A DNA stretch of 64,000 nucleotides from the human T2T-CHM13v2.0 reference genome, Homo sapiens: assembly GCF_009914755.1 (NCBI RefSeq), contig NC_060936.1; one strand, given 5' to 3'. Of the stretch, positions 30,906 to 47,382 are shown piece by piece (position 1 is the stretch's first letter; the number at the start of each line of letters is the position of its first letter). Under the pieces are notes generated by a model. It was not told the origin of the DNA and searched no databases. It saw only the letters and a program-made list of their open reading frames with translations. Made by a program: the position numbers and the translations under genes.

Positions 30906-31355
30906 TGATATGGGTTGAATTATGTCCCCTGAAAAAGACATGTTGAAGTCCTAACTCCCAGTACATTCGAATGTGACTTTATTTGGAAATACGGTCTTTG
31001 CAGATGGAAATAAGTTAAGATGAGTTTGCACTGGATTAGAGTGGGCCCTAAATTCAATGACCAGTGTCCTTACAGGGAGAAGGAGGCTTAGAGACACAGA
31101 CGCGCACAGAAGGAAGGCGGCCACATGACGATGGGGGCAGAGACTGGAGTGATGCAGCTACAGGTAAGGAGCACCAAGGTGCAGCAGCCACCGGGCTCTG
31201 GAAGAGGCACGAAGGATGCTCCTCTAGAGCCTTTGGAGGGAACACGGCCCTGCCAATGCCTCGGTTTCAAATTTCTCGGCTGCAGAAAAAATTTCTGTTG
31301 CTTTCAGCCACCTGGTTTGTGGCGATTTGTTACACAGCCCTGCGAGACTAATGCA
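30906..31355 (+). mobile_element. MLT1C-type MaLR solo LTR
   Basis: TGATATGGGTTGAATTATGTCCCC, TTATTTGGAAATACGGTCTTTGCAGAT, TTTGTTACACAGCCC...ACTAATGCA. Confidence 0.88.
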
Positions 31356-31527
31356 TACCCCAAGAACTGCATGGGTAATTCCAGCTCACATTGGCTGTGC
31401 TTTGGAAATCAGTACCTGGAGTTTGGCAGGACCGAAAAGGGCTAGGGACTGGCTGGGGTGATGCTTTCTAATGCTACAGTGTCGGTCACTTTTCTAGGGT
31501 TATTGGCCCTCATAAAATAGTTAAGCT

Positions 31528-32006
<479 letters not shown>

Positions 32007-32164
32007 TCAAAATGCCCCTGTTTGAGCCCCTATCAAGTCAAAATCTCTTCCTGAATTCAGAGCTGCTGTGAACACTTTTTTCCAGAAAGGAAATATGTTT
32101 AAATGCCTTTGCTAAGTAAAAAGTAAAATATGTTTGTTTGTTTTAATCAGAAAATACAAAGAAG

Positions 32165-32287
32165 AGCCAGGTGTGGTGATTCACCCCTATAGTCTCAGCT
32201 ACTGGGGAGACTGAGGCAGGAGGATAACATGAGCCCAGACCAGCCTGGACAACATAGCAAGACACCTGTCTCTAAAAAGGGGAAAAA
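32165..32287 (+). mobile_element. Free Alu monomer (FLAM-type)
   Basis: Monomer with TSD AGAAAATACAAAGA. Confidence 0.8.
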
Positions 32288-32481
32288 GAAAATACAAAGA
32301 GGTAGTAAGGAAAATAATTCAGCTCTAATCACACTCCACAGACAGAAAGAATAGGAATTTGCTGGTGTGTTTCCCTTTAGACTTTTTCCTTATAACATAT
32401 AGACATATATTTTTTCCTACTAAATATGCATAATCTATCATAGTGTGTGTGCATACAGGCAACTCAAGAATATATTATTCC

Positions 32482-32622
32482 GGCTGGGCTTGATGGCTCA
32501 CACCTGCAATTTGGGGAGGCCAAGGCAGGGGAATCACTTGAGCCCAGAAGTTCGAGGCTGCAGTGAGCTATGATGGTACCACTGTACTCCAGTCTGGACG
32601 ACAGAGTGAAACCCCGTCTCTA
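32482..32622 (+). mobile_element. Free Alu monomer (FRAM/FAM-type)
   Basis: Single arm ending GTGAAACCCCGTCTCT. Confidence 0.8.
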
Positions 32623-32878
32623 ATACACACACACACACATATATATAATATATACACACACAGACACACATATATAACATATACACACACATATATATTT
32701 GTATATGTGTGTGTGTGTGTGTGTATACACACACACACACACACACACGTGCCCTAAGAGCTACATGGGTAATTATACACACATACATATATACACATAT
32801 GTAATATGTACATATGCATATATCTGTGCATGTATATACATATATGTACAGATACATATAATTGGAATTATATATGCA
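32623..32878. repeat. Compound (CA)/(TA)/(TG) microsatellite derived from an Alu tail
   Basis: Alternating purine-pyrimidine tract. Confidence 0.92.
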
Positions 32879-33875
32879 ATTGCAACTGAGGCTGAACATT
32901 GCCAGATTTTTTTCAAGTTCTAACTTGTCCTCTTTCCCAGAAATAACCACTCTCCTGACACTGGTGTCTATCATTCCCACATAGGTTTTTGTGGTTTTGC
33001 CTCATATACAAGTATCCAGAAACTACATGTACCATTGTTTTGTGTGTTCTGAAATTTTACCCAAAAACTTGCTATTGAAATGCACATTTTCTATTGCAAT
33101 CTGTTCTCACTTAGCACCATGCTTTTAAAAATGTTGACGTCTATAGATCTAGTCCATACTTCTTGCGATGGTGTCTCTCTGAAGAATCCTAATACACCAT
33201 TCAATAGGGTTGTTTTTTCTGTTATGAATAATCCACAGTTTGTTTAACCACTCCCCTGCTGAAGGCAATTGGGTTGTTCACTATGACTGACACATTGCAA
33301 TAAGCATCCTTTTTACGCCTTTATAAAGGTTTCTTAGACAAGACCCCAAAAAGTGGAATTACCGCACATCTCCTAGGTATGACCCGTCTTCAGTGCAACT
33401 GGATACTGCAAAGTTATCCTTCAAAGACACTGAGCCAATGTTACTCCCGCTATTCTAAGAGATCCTGTTTGCCCACATTCTGGCCAACTCTTGAGGTTAA
33501 CTAGATTTTTGGTTTAGTTTTTGCCAATAGGGTGAGAGTGAAATGGTATCTCATTCTTTTTACATGACTTTCCTCAATGTGTGGCACGTCTTTTCATGTT
33601 GATTGGCAGATCAGACTTCTTCCCCTGAATTGGCTATTTATAGCTCTTGCCTATTTTTCTACTGGGCTATTTTGTCTTTTTTCCTGCTGATTTTTAGATC
33701 TTTATATATTCCTGAGACTGATTTTTAGTCTTTCCTGTGTGTTGCAAATATTTTCTCTGTAGCTGATCTTTTCACATTGGATGGAAAGTTTTTTTCTCTG
33801 GAAGTTTTTAGTTATGAGTTTGACTTCTTATATTCTTTTTTTAAAGAGTCTCATTCCAACATCATAAAAATATTC

Positions 33876-34217
<342 letters not shown>

Positions 34218-34636
34218 TTACTCCTCTCAGGCTACTGCAAGAGTGACATTTTATCTTTTTTTTACATATGGACAACCAACTTCCCAGCACTAATTATGTG
34301 TACCTACCTGGGTGTGGGACTGTCTGGACTCGGTTTTGCTTTCCCACTGATTTGCAACACTGTTGTCATAAAACAGGCACACTATGTGTCAGGCTCTGGG
34401 TTCTGTGCTGTTGATCTATTTGTCTGTCCCTGCACCAGTGCCATATTGTCTTAGTAACTACAGTGTTATCATAAGTTCTGCATCCTGGTAGGATGAATCC
34501 TTTCCTTTTTAGACTTCCCTTTCAAATTTTGTCTTGACTAGTCTTAACACCAATCTTCCAAAGAAATTTTGGAGTCAGATTGATATGTTTCACACACACT
34601 ATCTCTCCGCTGCAATATTTATTGGAAGTGCACTTA

Positions 34637-35011
<375 letters not shown>

Positions 35012-35754
35012 TTAGAGGGATCCTAACAGACAGATCCTGATATATCAATGGCTTAACACATTTGTTTCTTGCTCTCACAATGACCAATGTCCCCAGTTGG
35101 CTCTGCTCCATCTTGCAGTTTACAGCTTGAGAACACATGGCTTTTAAGACTCTCTGGCTGGGGAAGAGGGGACAATGGAAGTGAAACACATCCCTCCCAC
35201 TCACAACCCATTGGCCAGAACCAGTCAGATGGCCCCAACCTGGCTGCAAGGGAGCCTGGGAAATGGCACAGAGCACGTGGAATATTGGTGAAGACAGTTC
35301 CTGTCACATGCTCTATCTCTGCATATTTTTAGGTCTTCTTGAATTGCTATCAACTTTTCATTGCTATTTTAAGTACCTTTTTATTCATTGTGTTTTCTTA
35401 TCATTTGTTGCTCATATACAGAGACTGTTTTTTTGTCATATACATTTTGTAAGCAGCAACATTACTGAACTCTTTTATGCTAATGATTTTTGTGTGAATT
35501 CCTTTGGAATTTCTAGGTAAATGAAAAATTGTGAAAAATAATTTTTTTCTCCTTTTCAAATCCTCATTCCTTTGAAGCGACTCTGGCTAAAGCCACCAGT
35601 ACGATGCTGATCAGAGACACTTGATTTTACACGTGACTTCAAAGGGTTTGCTTTTAACATTTTGCTAAATTACATAACCCCGCTGTCACTCAGTTGTCCC
35701 GTCTATAAAAGGAGAATTATGATAGCACCTTTTAAAGGGTTGTTTTGAAAACTA

Positions 35755-36158
<404 letters not shown>

Positions 36159-36252
36159 CTATAAATAACAAGGTAAATGTTCTTTACCAGATTAAAGAGG
36201 TTCTCATCTCATACTAGCTTGCTAAGTATGTTTTAATCACAAATACTGTTGA

Positions 36253-36450
<198 letters not shown>

Positions 36451-36981
36451 TAAATTACATCTGTAAATTGCATCATCCTTGTGACACTCAGTTGATGATG
36501 ACACATTTATTTTTTAACACCATTCTGGATTATCTGGGTAAATATGTTATTTTGGACTTTTCCATCAGTGTTCTAAGTGAGGATAAGCCTATAATTCTTC
36601 TTTCCCCTGGAACTTTCCTCTTCATCTCTTCAACTTCTACGTGTTCTCCAACAAGGAAGTCTAGCCCCCTCTCCTCTCTGTTTGCACTCCCTCTCTGCGT
36701 GACTGTCCTGCAGCTTGAATTCCAATTTTATATACCTCAGTGATTTACTACTTTTGCTAAATATCATTTTTAATAGTTGGTCATCTTGATGAATCTAGCT
36801 ATAGTTTATTTATATTCCCAGCTAGATAATATTCCACTGCCTAACTACACCACAGTTTATGTTGATGAATATTTCTAGTTGGAAGCTATTGTAAATAATA
36901 ATGCTATGAACATGCTTAACAAGTCTCTTGGTACAATGAGTTTCATTTCTTACATCTCTAGGAGTTGAACTGCACTTGTTT

Positions 36982-37900
<919 letters not shown>

Positions 37901-37946
37901 TATATTTTTTATTCATATGTTCTTCTGTCTCCAAGATGCTCTATTT

Positions 37947-38103
37947 CGGGGGTCAGCAAAGAGCCAGATTAAGCTTGCAGGCTATCTCGTCTCTGTCACA
38001 ATGACTCCGTTCCGCCATTGGAGTGAGAAAGCAGCCATGGAAAATGTATAAGTGATGACAAGTGGCTGTGTTCCAATAAAACTTTATTTGTAAAAACAAG
38101 TGA
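37947..38103 (+). mobile_element. MER58A 5' part (3' part at ~40285-40342)
   Basis: GGGGTCAGCAAA start and GTGTTCCAATAAAACTTTATTT; terminus TTGGCAACCCCTG lies after the L1 insert. Confidence 0.8.
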
Positions 38104-38612
38104 TGGAAGAGGTCCCAGAAGTAGATTCACCTAATTACAATCAAATGATCTTTGGCCAAGGAGCAAAGTTTTCTCTCAATTTTGCTGTGAAAGGCAATAG
38201 AATGGAGGAAAGATTGTCTTTTCAACAAACAGTCCTAGACATCCACATGCAAAAAAAGGGAATTTAGACATAGATGTTAAAGCCTTTGCAAAGTTAATTC
38301 AAAGTGGATCATACGCCTACATACAAAACATGACACTATAAAACTTTCAGGAGATAACATAGGACCACATCTAGGTGACCTTGGGTACGGTGCTGACTTT
38401 GTGGATATAACACCAAAGGCACAATCCATGAAAGGAGTAATTGATAAGCTGGACTTCATTCAAATTAAAAGCTTCTGCTCTGTGGAAAACACTGTCAAAA
38501 GAATGAGAAGACAAGCAGAGACTAGGAGAATATATTTGCCAAAGACACCTCTGATAAAGGACTGTTATCAAAATGTGTAAAGAACTCTTAAAACTCTATA
38601 ATAACAACCTGA

Positions 38613-38916
<304 letters not shown>

Positions 38917-39673
38917 TGATTTAAAAACAGGCCAAAAACCTTAACAGATACCTCACCACAGAAGATATACAGAAGGCAAATAAAATAAGCACATGAAAAG
39001 ATGTCCCTCATCTATGTCACCAAGGAAATTCAAATTAAAACAATGAAACCACTACACACACCTGTTAGAATGGCCCAAATCCAGAACACTGACAACACCA
39101 AATGCCGGCGAGAAGGTGGAGCAACAGGAACTCTCTCATTCACAGCCGATGGGAATGCAAAATGGCCCAGCCACTTTGGAAGATAGTTTGGTGGTTTCTT
39201 ACAAAACTAAACCTACTCTTATGATACCATCCAGTAATCACATTACTTGGAACTTACAACAAGGATTTGAAAACATCTGGATATTCATAGCAGCTGCACA
39301 TGGATGTTCATAGCAGCTTTATTTCTAATTGTCAAAACATAGAAGCAAACTTGATGACCTTCAGTAGATACATGAATAAATAAATGGTGATCTATCCAGA
39401 CAATTTAATATTATTCAGTGCTAAAAAGACATGCACTATATGTTAAATGCATATTACTAAGCAAAAAAAAAAAAAAAAAAAAAAAAAACCCAGTTTGAAA
39501 AGGTTACGTGCTATGCAATTCCAACTATATAACATTATGGAAAAGCCAAACTATGGAAACAGTAAAAAGATCAGTGGTCACCGGGTATTAGGGGTAGGAC
39601 AAAAGATTTTTAGAATAGTGAAACTACTCCATGATGCCACAATGATGGATACATTTCATTATGTATTGGCCCC

Positions 39674-40040
39674 TGTATTAGTCTGTTTTCATACTGCTAC
39701 AAAGAACTGCCAGGGACTGGGTAATTTATAAAGGAAAGAGGTTGAATTGACTCACGGTTCAGCATGGCTGGGGAGGCCTCAGGAAACTTAGAATCAGCAG
39801 GTGAAGGGGAAGCAAGATACTTTCTTCACAAGGCGGAAGGAAGAAGAGCTCAGTGAAGGGGGAACAGCCCCTTATAAAACCATCAGATCTCATGAAAACT
39901 CACTCTCAGGAGAACAGCATAGGGGAAATTGCCCTCATGATTCAATTACCTCCACCTGGTCTCTCCCTTAACATGTGGCGATTATGAGGATTATAATTCA
40001 AGATGAAATTTGGGTGGGGACACAAAGCCTAACCGTATCA
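39674..40040 (-). mobile_element. MSTA/THE1D-type MaLR solo LTR
   Basis: TGTATTAGTC...GCCTAACCGTATCA; TSD-like GCCCC/GTCCC. Confidence 0.9.
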
Positions 40041-40849
40041 GTCCCAAACCCATAGAATGTACACCACCAAGCATGAACCCTAATGTGAGCTATGGACTCT
40101 GGGTGATAATGATGTGTCACTGTAGGTTCATCAGCTGTAGCAAATGTTCCACTCTGGCGCAGGATGTTGATGATGGGGGAGGCTGTGCATGTGGGGTGGG
40201 GGGCATAGGAGAAATCGCTGTGTTTTCCTCCCAATTTTGCTGTGAACCTAAAACTGCTCTTAAAAAATAGAATCTTTAAAAAACAAATAAAAAACAGATG
40301 GTAATCTGGATGTGGCCCATGGGCCATATTTGGCAACCCCTGTTCTATTACATTAATTGTGTGTTCTGAGAGCTCTGCCCATGCTGTTTGGCTTCCTTAG
40401 GTAAGGCATTTTATTTGTTAAAGCACAGGGGCTCGAGGAGGGTTGTGGAGCTTTCCTGTCAGGCAGGAATCTCTCGGCCTCACTGAGGCTCCAAGGATAC
40501 AAAGCTGTCTTGATCTTGCCCCCAGGTTGTGACTCTCTAGATGCTGCTTGATTGTAGGAGAGAGAGCCACAAACCGGTCTGTCTGATGGATCCCAGATGA
40601 CCCCAGGACTTGTTCATACACTTGCTCACAAACTACTGGACTCTAGCTATGAGCAGCTATTTCAGTCCAGGAGAGACAAATTACTTGGAGCTGTGAGTTG
40701 TGGGGAGGGAGCTATTTTGGGTGGACACCACCCAAAATATTTGCCTGGGTAAATGCACAGTATTTGCCTGGCTTATATTTTCTGTCCTTGTTCCAGGATC
40801 CCCCGCTCTTCCCTCTTCCTCCTTGCATCAGTGCCTTTGTGACTGCTGA

Positions 40850-42480
40850 GCCTTGCTTTTTGGTCTTGTTCATTATGTGATTAATTTTTGTAAATGCTTG
40901 AAAAAGATATGCAGTCTCTAATTATGGGGTTCTGTGCATGTCCATTAGATCTAGGCTGTTAATTGTGTCACTCTCATCATGTTCTTATTTACCTTTTGTC
41001 TATTTCAGCTCTCAATTACTGGGAGAAGCATGTTAAAATCTTCCACTGTAATTGTGGATTTGGGGTATGATGAGTGCATACAAGTTGAAAATTATTCTAG
41101 CTCCCTGTTAATTAAATCTTTTAACATTATAGTGTAAGCTTCTTTATTTCTGACAGTGCTATTTGCCTTAAAGTTTTTTCTGCCTGACAGCGATTTGGTC
41201 ATACAAGCTTGTTCTCAGTATTTGCTTGACTTACATTTTTCTGTCTTTGTACTTCTAATCTTTCTGAGTCTTTACTGTTTTAGCTGTTTCTTTTATAAAC
41301 AATGTATAGCTGGTTGCTGTTTTTATTTTTGTTTGTAATCCCATAAGACAATGCTTTTTGTTGATATTACTGATATATTTAGATTTATTGTGACTGCTGA
41401 TATATTTGAATCTATTTCTAGAGTCTTTTTTGTATCATTTATCATTCTTTTTCTGTGCATCATTTTTTTCCCCTTTTCTACTTTCCACTAGATTGACTTA
41501 GTTTTCCTTATATCCCCTTTGGCCTTTCTGTGGGGTCAGAAACTGTACATTCTGGTCCTATGATTTTAGTGTCTACAGTTAAATTTTTAATCTATCCCCT
41601 TGACTTCAGGCTAATTATGGATAATTGAGTTAATCAATGTTTATGCTTTCCTTTCTGGCAATAAGGAAACTTAGAATATTTTTATTCAGATTATCTTGTA
41701 GCAATATGTATTTCCACATGGTTTTACGTCCTCAAAAACACTCATTGCTCTTGCTTTGTACAATTAGAGCATTTGAATTTACCCACATATTTGCCAGGTT
41801 TTTTTCACCATTTTGTCTCATATTTCACTGATTCCCTCTGGATTTGGTTTCCTTCTCCCCAAGAACATGCATTGATAGTTATTTCAGCATGTCAGTTGAT
41901 GATAAAAAGTTTACCTTGTGTTTATTTGAAAATGACTATTTCAACTCTCATTCTTGAGTGATAGTTTCACTGGGTATAGAATTCTGGGTGGTCAATTACT
42001 ATTTTCTCAGCACTTTTATCTTCTGTCATTGCTGGTGAGAAGTTTAGTGTTAGGACTTTGTTGGTAATCTTTCTTTACCTTTCACTTGATCAAGATTTTT
42101 TCAATGGATTACAATATCTTTCTTGGCTTTTATGTTCTATGGTTGTATTATGACATGTATTTATTTTTACTTATCCTGCTAGGATATTATTGGACATCTT
42201 GGATTTAAGGATTCATGTCTTTCATTAATTATACGAAAACATATTTTGGATAATGCCTCTGTTCAATTTTCTCTGCTCTCTCCTGCTAAAATTTCTATTA
42301 CTTGCCTGTCAGACCTTCTCATTCTATCACTAAAGCTGCTTAACCTCTTTTTTTATATTTTCTGTCACTTGGTGTCTTTATGCGGCATTCTGAACATTTC
42401 CTCACATTTGTCTTTTAGTTCAAAGTTATGGTTGTTATTGTCTGCTGCTAAATCTTGTTTTATATATTAATGTTCATATT
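40850..42480 (-). mobile_element. Ancient L1ME-type fragment
   Basis: T-rich antisense L1 motifs (GGGTATAGAATTCTGGGT, TTTTCTCAGCACTTT, GCTGGTGAGAAGT). Confidence 0.65.
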
Positions 42481-42486
42481 CAATAG

Positions 42487-42700
42487 TACAGTAGAGAAAT
42501 TATGGTTAATAATAATTTATTATATAATTCAAAATAACTAGAAGAGAAGAATTGTAGTGTTCCCAGCATGAAGAAAAGATAAATGTTTGAGGTTTTGGAT
42601 ACCTCAATTACCCTGATTTGATTATTACAAATTGTGTACATGTATCAAAATATCACATGTGGCCCCAATATATGAACAGCTATATCAATATTTAAAAAGG
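42487..42700 (+). mobile_element. L1MA 3' end
   Basis: GATAAATGTTTGAGG...TTACCCTGATTTGATTATTAC...ATCAAAATATCACATGT. Confidence 0.82.
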
Positions 42701-42756
42701 CTTAATGTAAGAAAAAAGTTTATATATTACTCTATCAGAATTGTTTTAAATACTTA

Positions 42757-42878
42757 AAGTGCTTGTAGTCTCAGCTACTTGGGAGACTGAGGCAGGACAA
42801 CCTCTTGAGCCCAGGAGTTGGAGTCCAGCTTGGGCAACATAAGGCGACCCCATCTTAAAAAATAAAAATAAAAATAAA
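42757..42878 (+). mobile_element. Alu monomer (FLAM-type)
   Basis: TGTAGTCTCAGCTACTTGGGAGACTGAGGC...GGGCAACATAAGGCGACCCC. Confidence 0.8.
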
Positions 42879-43639
42879 TTTACATTATGGTGAAATACAG
42901 TTATTTGTTTCTTTCATAATTGTATTTATTTAAAACATTTAAGAACAGCATTCTGAGAAGGGATCCCTAGGCTTCCATAGACTGCCATAAAGGTCATGGC
43001 ACACAGAAAGTGGAGATTCTCATCTAAAAGGATGGGTTTTACATGTGATCCAAAATTTTTAGGTAGTTTTTAAGCAGAAGTTTTTGGTTTGGTAGTTCAC
43101 AGTGTTGCCTGAAAAAGAGCCACATCACTGTTGGAGATGCCCAGGTGCATCCCCAGCACTGCCCGGCCTTGAGCTCATGGATGGGTCTGGCAGAATGGGG
43201 AGTGGGGGCAGGAGTGTACCAGGCTTAGTATTGAATGAGTCTGGCCTTCAATTAGCCCCCCTAGTTGAACAGGACGTGAAGGTGAAGATAGCTGGGCCAA
43301 CAGTAAAGACACATTGACAGGTACCCAAAGATACTTCCTTTGGAAGGAAATTCTTCATGCTTGAGAGCTGAGAAAGGAAAAAGTAGGGGCTGAACTGCAG
43401 CTATGTGCCAGAGACTGGTCCAGGCATGGAGAGACAGGGATGTATTCCTACAAGGTGTGGCTCTCAACTCTGAGTAGTTCACAGTCCAAAAATGGAGATC
43501 ATTTATTTAAGGGGGAAACTGAGGCTCCCAATTGCTCACTGATTGTAATGGAAGGTAAAAGTGCAGATGTGCAAAATACAGATGTGTAAACAACTTCATA
43601 GTTTACAAACTGTTTTCATTCCACAGAAGTCTAATGAGC

Positions 43640-43830
43640 TTCCCTTTTAAAGATGGGGAAATTGAGGCTCAGAGGGCAAATCATGTCACTTCTCTGTGCC
43701 TCAGTTTCTTCATCTGTCAAATGGGGATAACAAGGGCACCAACCTCTTTGGGCTGATGTGAGAATTAAGTGAGTTGGTATACATGAAGTGCTTACAACCG
43801 AGACTATAGGAGAGGCAGCACAAGTGTTAT
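43640..43830. mobile_element. Two MIR cores in opposite orientation
   Basis: Minus core at 43645-43677; plus MIR from ~43685. Confidence 0.8.
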
Positions 43831-44372
43831 TGATTAGTTATTACTCACCCATCACCCAGAATCTAGCCACCCTCACTGGCCCTAGACACGCCCTACTACA
43901 GAACCTTGTTCCGTTTTCTTTGTAGCACTTACCCTTGTCTGAAATTATACCTTCCTTTAACTCTATGCCTGATCATTATGAATCCCCCTAAAGATCACAT
44001 GTACCTTGAGGACAGGGACCTCATCTGCAGCCCCAGCACCCTGGACATGGTGGCACTGGATAAATACTGCTTGTCTGCAAGGGACTAAGAAGCTGGTGGA
44101 GGTTGGATTTCAGGAAATCCTCAATTAATCTCAAGCCACAGGCCAGCCTCCTGCTATGAACCATGGAAAATGGCCTGGGAACTGCTACACACCTGATCAG
44201 CCACAGCCGTGACTGTCATCAGTGCCACCATGTGCAGCCCTGTCTCCTCCAGTGGTGTCCTCATTCCTGTGCTCCTGATGCTCTCTGCTTAGATTTCTAT
44301 TTATAACCCCTTTTGGTAATGACTGGTTTTCTGGACAGTCTGGGAAGATCCTTACAGGCAGGAACTAAACTA

Positions 44373-45052
44373 CAGATGGACCAGACTTGCAATGGTTCAA
44401 CTTTCAATTTTTCAACTCTACAATGGTGAAAAAGCAATACATATTCAGCAGAAACTACTTCGAGTGTCCATACTACCATTCTGTTTTGGATTTCCAGTAC
44501 AGTATTCAATAAATCCCATGAGGCCAGATGCGGTGACTCACACTTGTAATCCTAGCTCTTGAGGAGGCCGAGGTGGGCGGATCACATGAGCCCAGGAGTT
44601 GGAGACCAACCTGGGCAACATGGCAACCCTGTCTCTGCAAATTACAAAAATTAGCTGGGCATGGTGGTATGTGCCCGTGGTCCCAACTACTTGGGAGGTT
44701 GAGGTGGGAGGATCACTTGAGCCCAGGAAGTCAAGGCTGCAGTGAGGTGTGATAGTGACACTACACTACAGCCTGGGTGACAGAGCAAGACCCTGTCTCA
44801 AAAATCAATCAACAAATAATTAAAAATAAATTTCATAAGATATTCAACACTATATTATAAAAGAGGCTTTGTGTTAGATGATTTTGCCCACCTGTAGGCT
44901 AACGTAAGTGTTTTGAGCACATTTAAGGCAAGCTAGGCTAAGCTGTGATGCTCAGTAGGCTGAGTGTACTAAATAGATTTTCTACATAAGAGTGTTTTCA
45001 ACTTACGATGGGTTCATTGTTACATAACCCCATAGTAAGTCGAGGAGCATCT
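44373..45052. mobile_element. MER47A (TcMar-Tigger) interrupted by AluJ
   Basis: TIRs CAGATGGACCAGACTTGCAATGG and CCATAGTAAGTCGAGGAGCATCTG; TA at the left flank. Confidence 0.85.
44522..44832 (+). mobile_element. AluJ
   Basis: GGATCACTTGAGCCCAGGAAGTCAAGGCTGCAG; TSD-like AATAAAT(CC/TT)CAT(G/A)AG. Confidence 0.9.
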
Positions 45053-45138
45053 GTCATCATCTCTGACTCCCCAGCCAGTGCCAGGCATGTAGAAGGTGTT
45101 CGAATGAATGAATGAATGAATGATAGGTAACACCAGGA

Positions 45139-45313
45139 TAGGGTTGCCAGATGCAAGACACCTAGTTGAACTTGAATTTCAGATAAATGATGAATGCTTT
45201 TTTACTATCAGTCTGTCCTAAATATGGCATGGTAAATACATTAAAAATTGTTTTCTGAAATTTAACTGGACATCCTGCGTTTTTATTTACTATTAATAAA
45301 TCTGGCAACCTTA
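45139..45313. mobile_element. MER53 palindromic hAT MITE
   Basis: TIR TAGGGTTGCCAGAT / ATCTGGCAACCTTA; TTGAATTTCAGATAAA / TTTTCTGAAATTTAA symmetry. Confidence 0.85.
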
Positions 45314-45680
45314 TACCACCTGCAGCAAGGGACAGGAAGGGGTGGTTAGACAGAGAGGTCCAAGTTAAATGTGAGCCTGGGCCTGCTGGGGAGGTGGGTG
45401 TGGCAGGCACCATAGTGGTCAGAGCAGTGGTTTCTGAAATGTGGCCTTGGAGGATCCAATTCAGAGAAAGTGTCCAAGGGTCTAGGGTCAACCCCTCTGC
45501 CTCTGACCTCACAGGGACAGTCAGTGAGGACAAGATGAAAGACAATAAGACCAGGGCTCCGGCTAGTGGCTGCCAGAAGGGAGGGGAGAGGGAGGAAGAT
45601 CACTTTGGATAAGGGGAACACCCTTATTTCAGGTCTAGCACACAACAGGCCCTCAAGAAAGATATCTTCACCTGCAAACA

Positions 45681-45681
<1 letters not shown>

Positions 45682-45743
<62 letters not shown>
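45682..45743. repeat. (CA)~30 microsatellite with one interruption
   Basis: Dinucleotide run. Confidence 0.97.
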
Positions 45744-45744
<1 letters not shown>

Positions 45745-45780
45745 CCTGTGGCCGGCTCCATTCTGTCTTCCCCAAGCTAA

Positions 45781-46226
<446 letters not shown>

Positions 46227-47191
46227 TCCAATTTAACTTTTTTATTATGGAAAACTTCAAGCACACACAGGAGTAGGAAAAGGATAACAAGCCCCCGGGC
46301 CCTTAGCCCAGATTTGAGGGCGGTTCTCCCACCCTTTGCATCTGCACTCTCCCCCGATCCCCCGCACCCACTCATGTCCTCTGTGCACCTTTTAAAGCAA
46401 AGCCCCACCATCACATCATTTTATCCAACTTTACAACTTTTAAGGGCTTTACAAACCTACCGAGCCCTCCCTGAGAGATGGGGATTGTCAGCCCATTTTA
46501 CACATGTGGAAACTGAGGCTCAGAGAAGTGAAGTTCTTGTCCAAAGTGACATCACTGCCGAGGGGGGTGCTGGCACCCAGCCGCCCAGCCTTCCCAGGCC
46601 CTGAGACCCACGCTCTGTCCACAAGGCCCCACGCCAAGCCCATGGGGGCACAGAGCTGAGCCAGCCCTCTTCCTCTTCCCCAACCCGGGGCTCCAGACGG
46701 CTGGACTTTGATCCTTGCCAGGGCTGAATTCCAGATGGAGGGCTTCCCGGCTGCTTGGGCAATACGATTGATGGTGTGTTAATGATGTCAGGGCTATAGA
46801 CAAACTCCAGCCTTGGCCGGGTGCAGAGGGCCAATTATCAGTGGTGATCGGAGCCAGGCACTCCGGCCCCATCAGCTCATGGGCAGGGAAGACGCAGGGA
46901 AGGGGACATGGGGACTTCTTGCAATGGAGCAGTTGACAGAATCAGAACTACCTGCCAGGTGAGAGCCAGAGGTGCCTGTTCCTTCAGGGTCTTAGGGTGG
47001 CTTCATGGTGTGGGAGACAGGAGTGTAAAGGGGACACTGAAACCCTCCATATGGGGTTCGTAGGAAGAGCACTGGATTCAAAGTCCAGCCACTGACTTGG
47101 CCACTGAGAATGACCTTGGCTCCCTCCTTCCCTCTCTGGGCCTCAGTTCATGCATCAATAACAAAAAACGATTGTACAGTTGGATGAGATC

Positions 47192-47382
47192 AGAGGTCAG
47201 CAAAGTTCTTCTGCAATGGGTCAGACAGTAAATCCTGCAGGCTTTGAAAACCACACTGTGGCAGGAAAGCAGCCATAGGCAATACCCAAACCAGTGGGCG
47301 TGGTGGTGTTCCAATAAAACTTTATTCACAAAAACAGGTGGCGGGCTGGGTTTGGCCCTCAGGCTGTAGTTTGCTGACCCCA
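47192..47382 (+). mobile_element. MER58A
   Basis: GAGGTCAGCAAA...GTTCCAATAAAACTTTATT...GTAGTTTGCTGACCCC. Confidence 0.85.
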
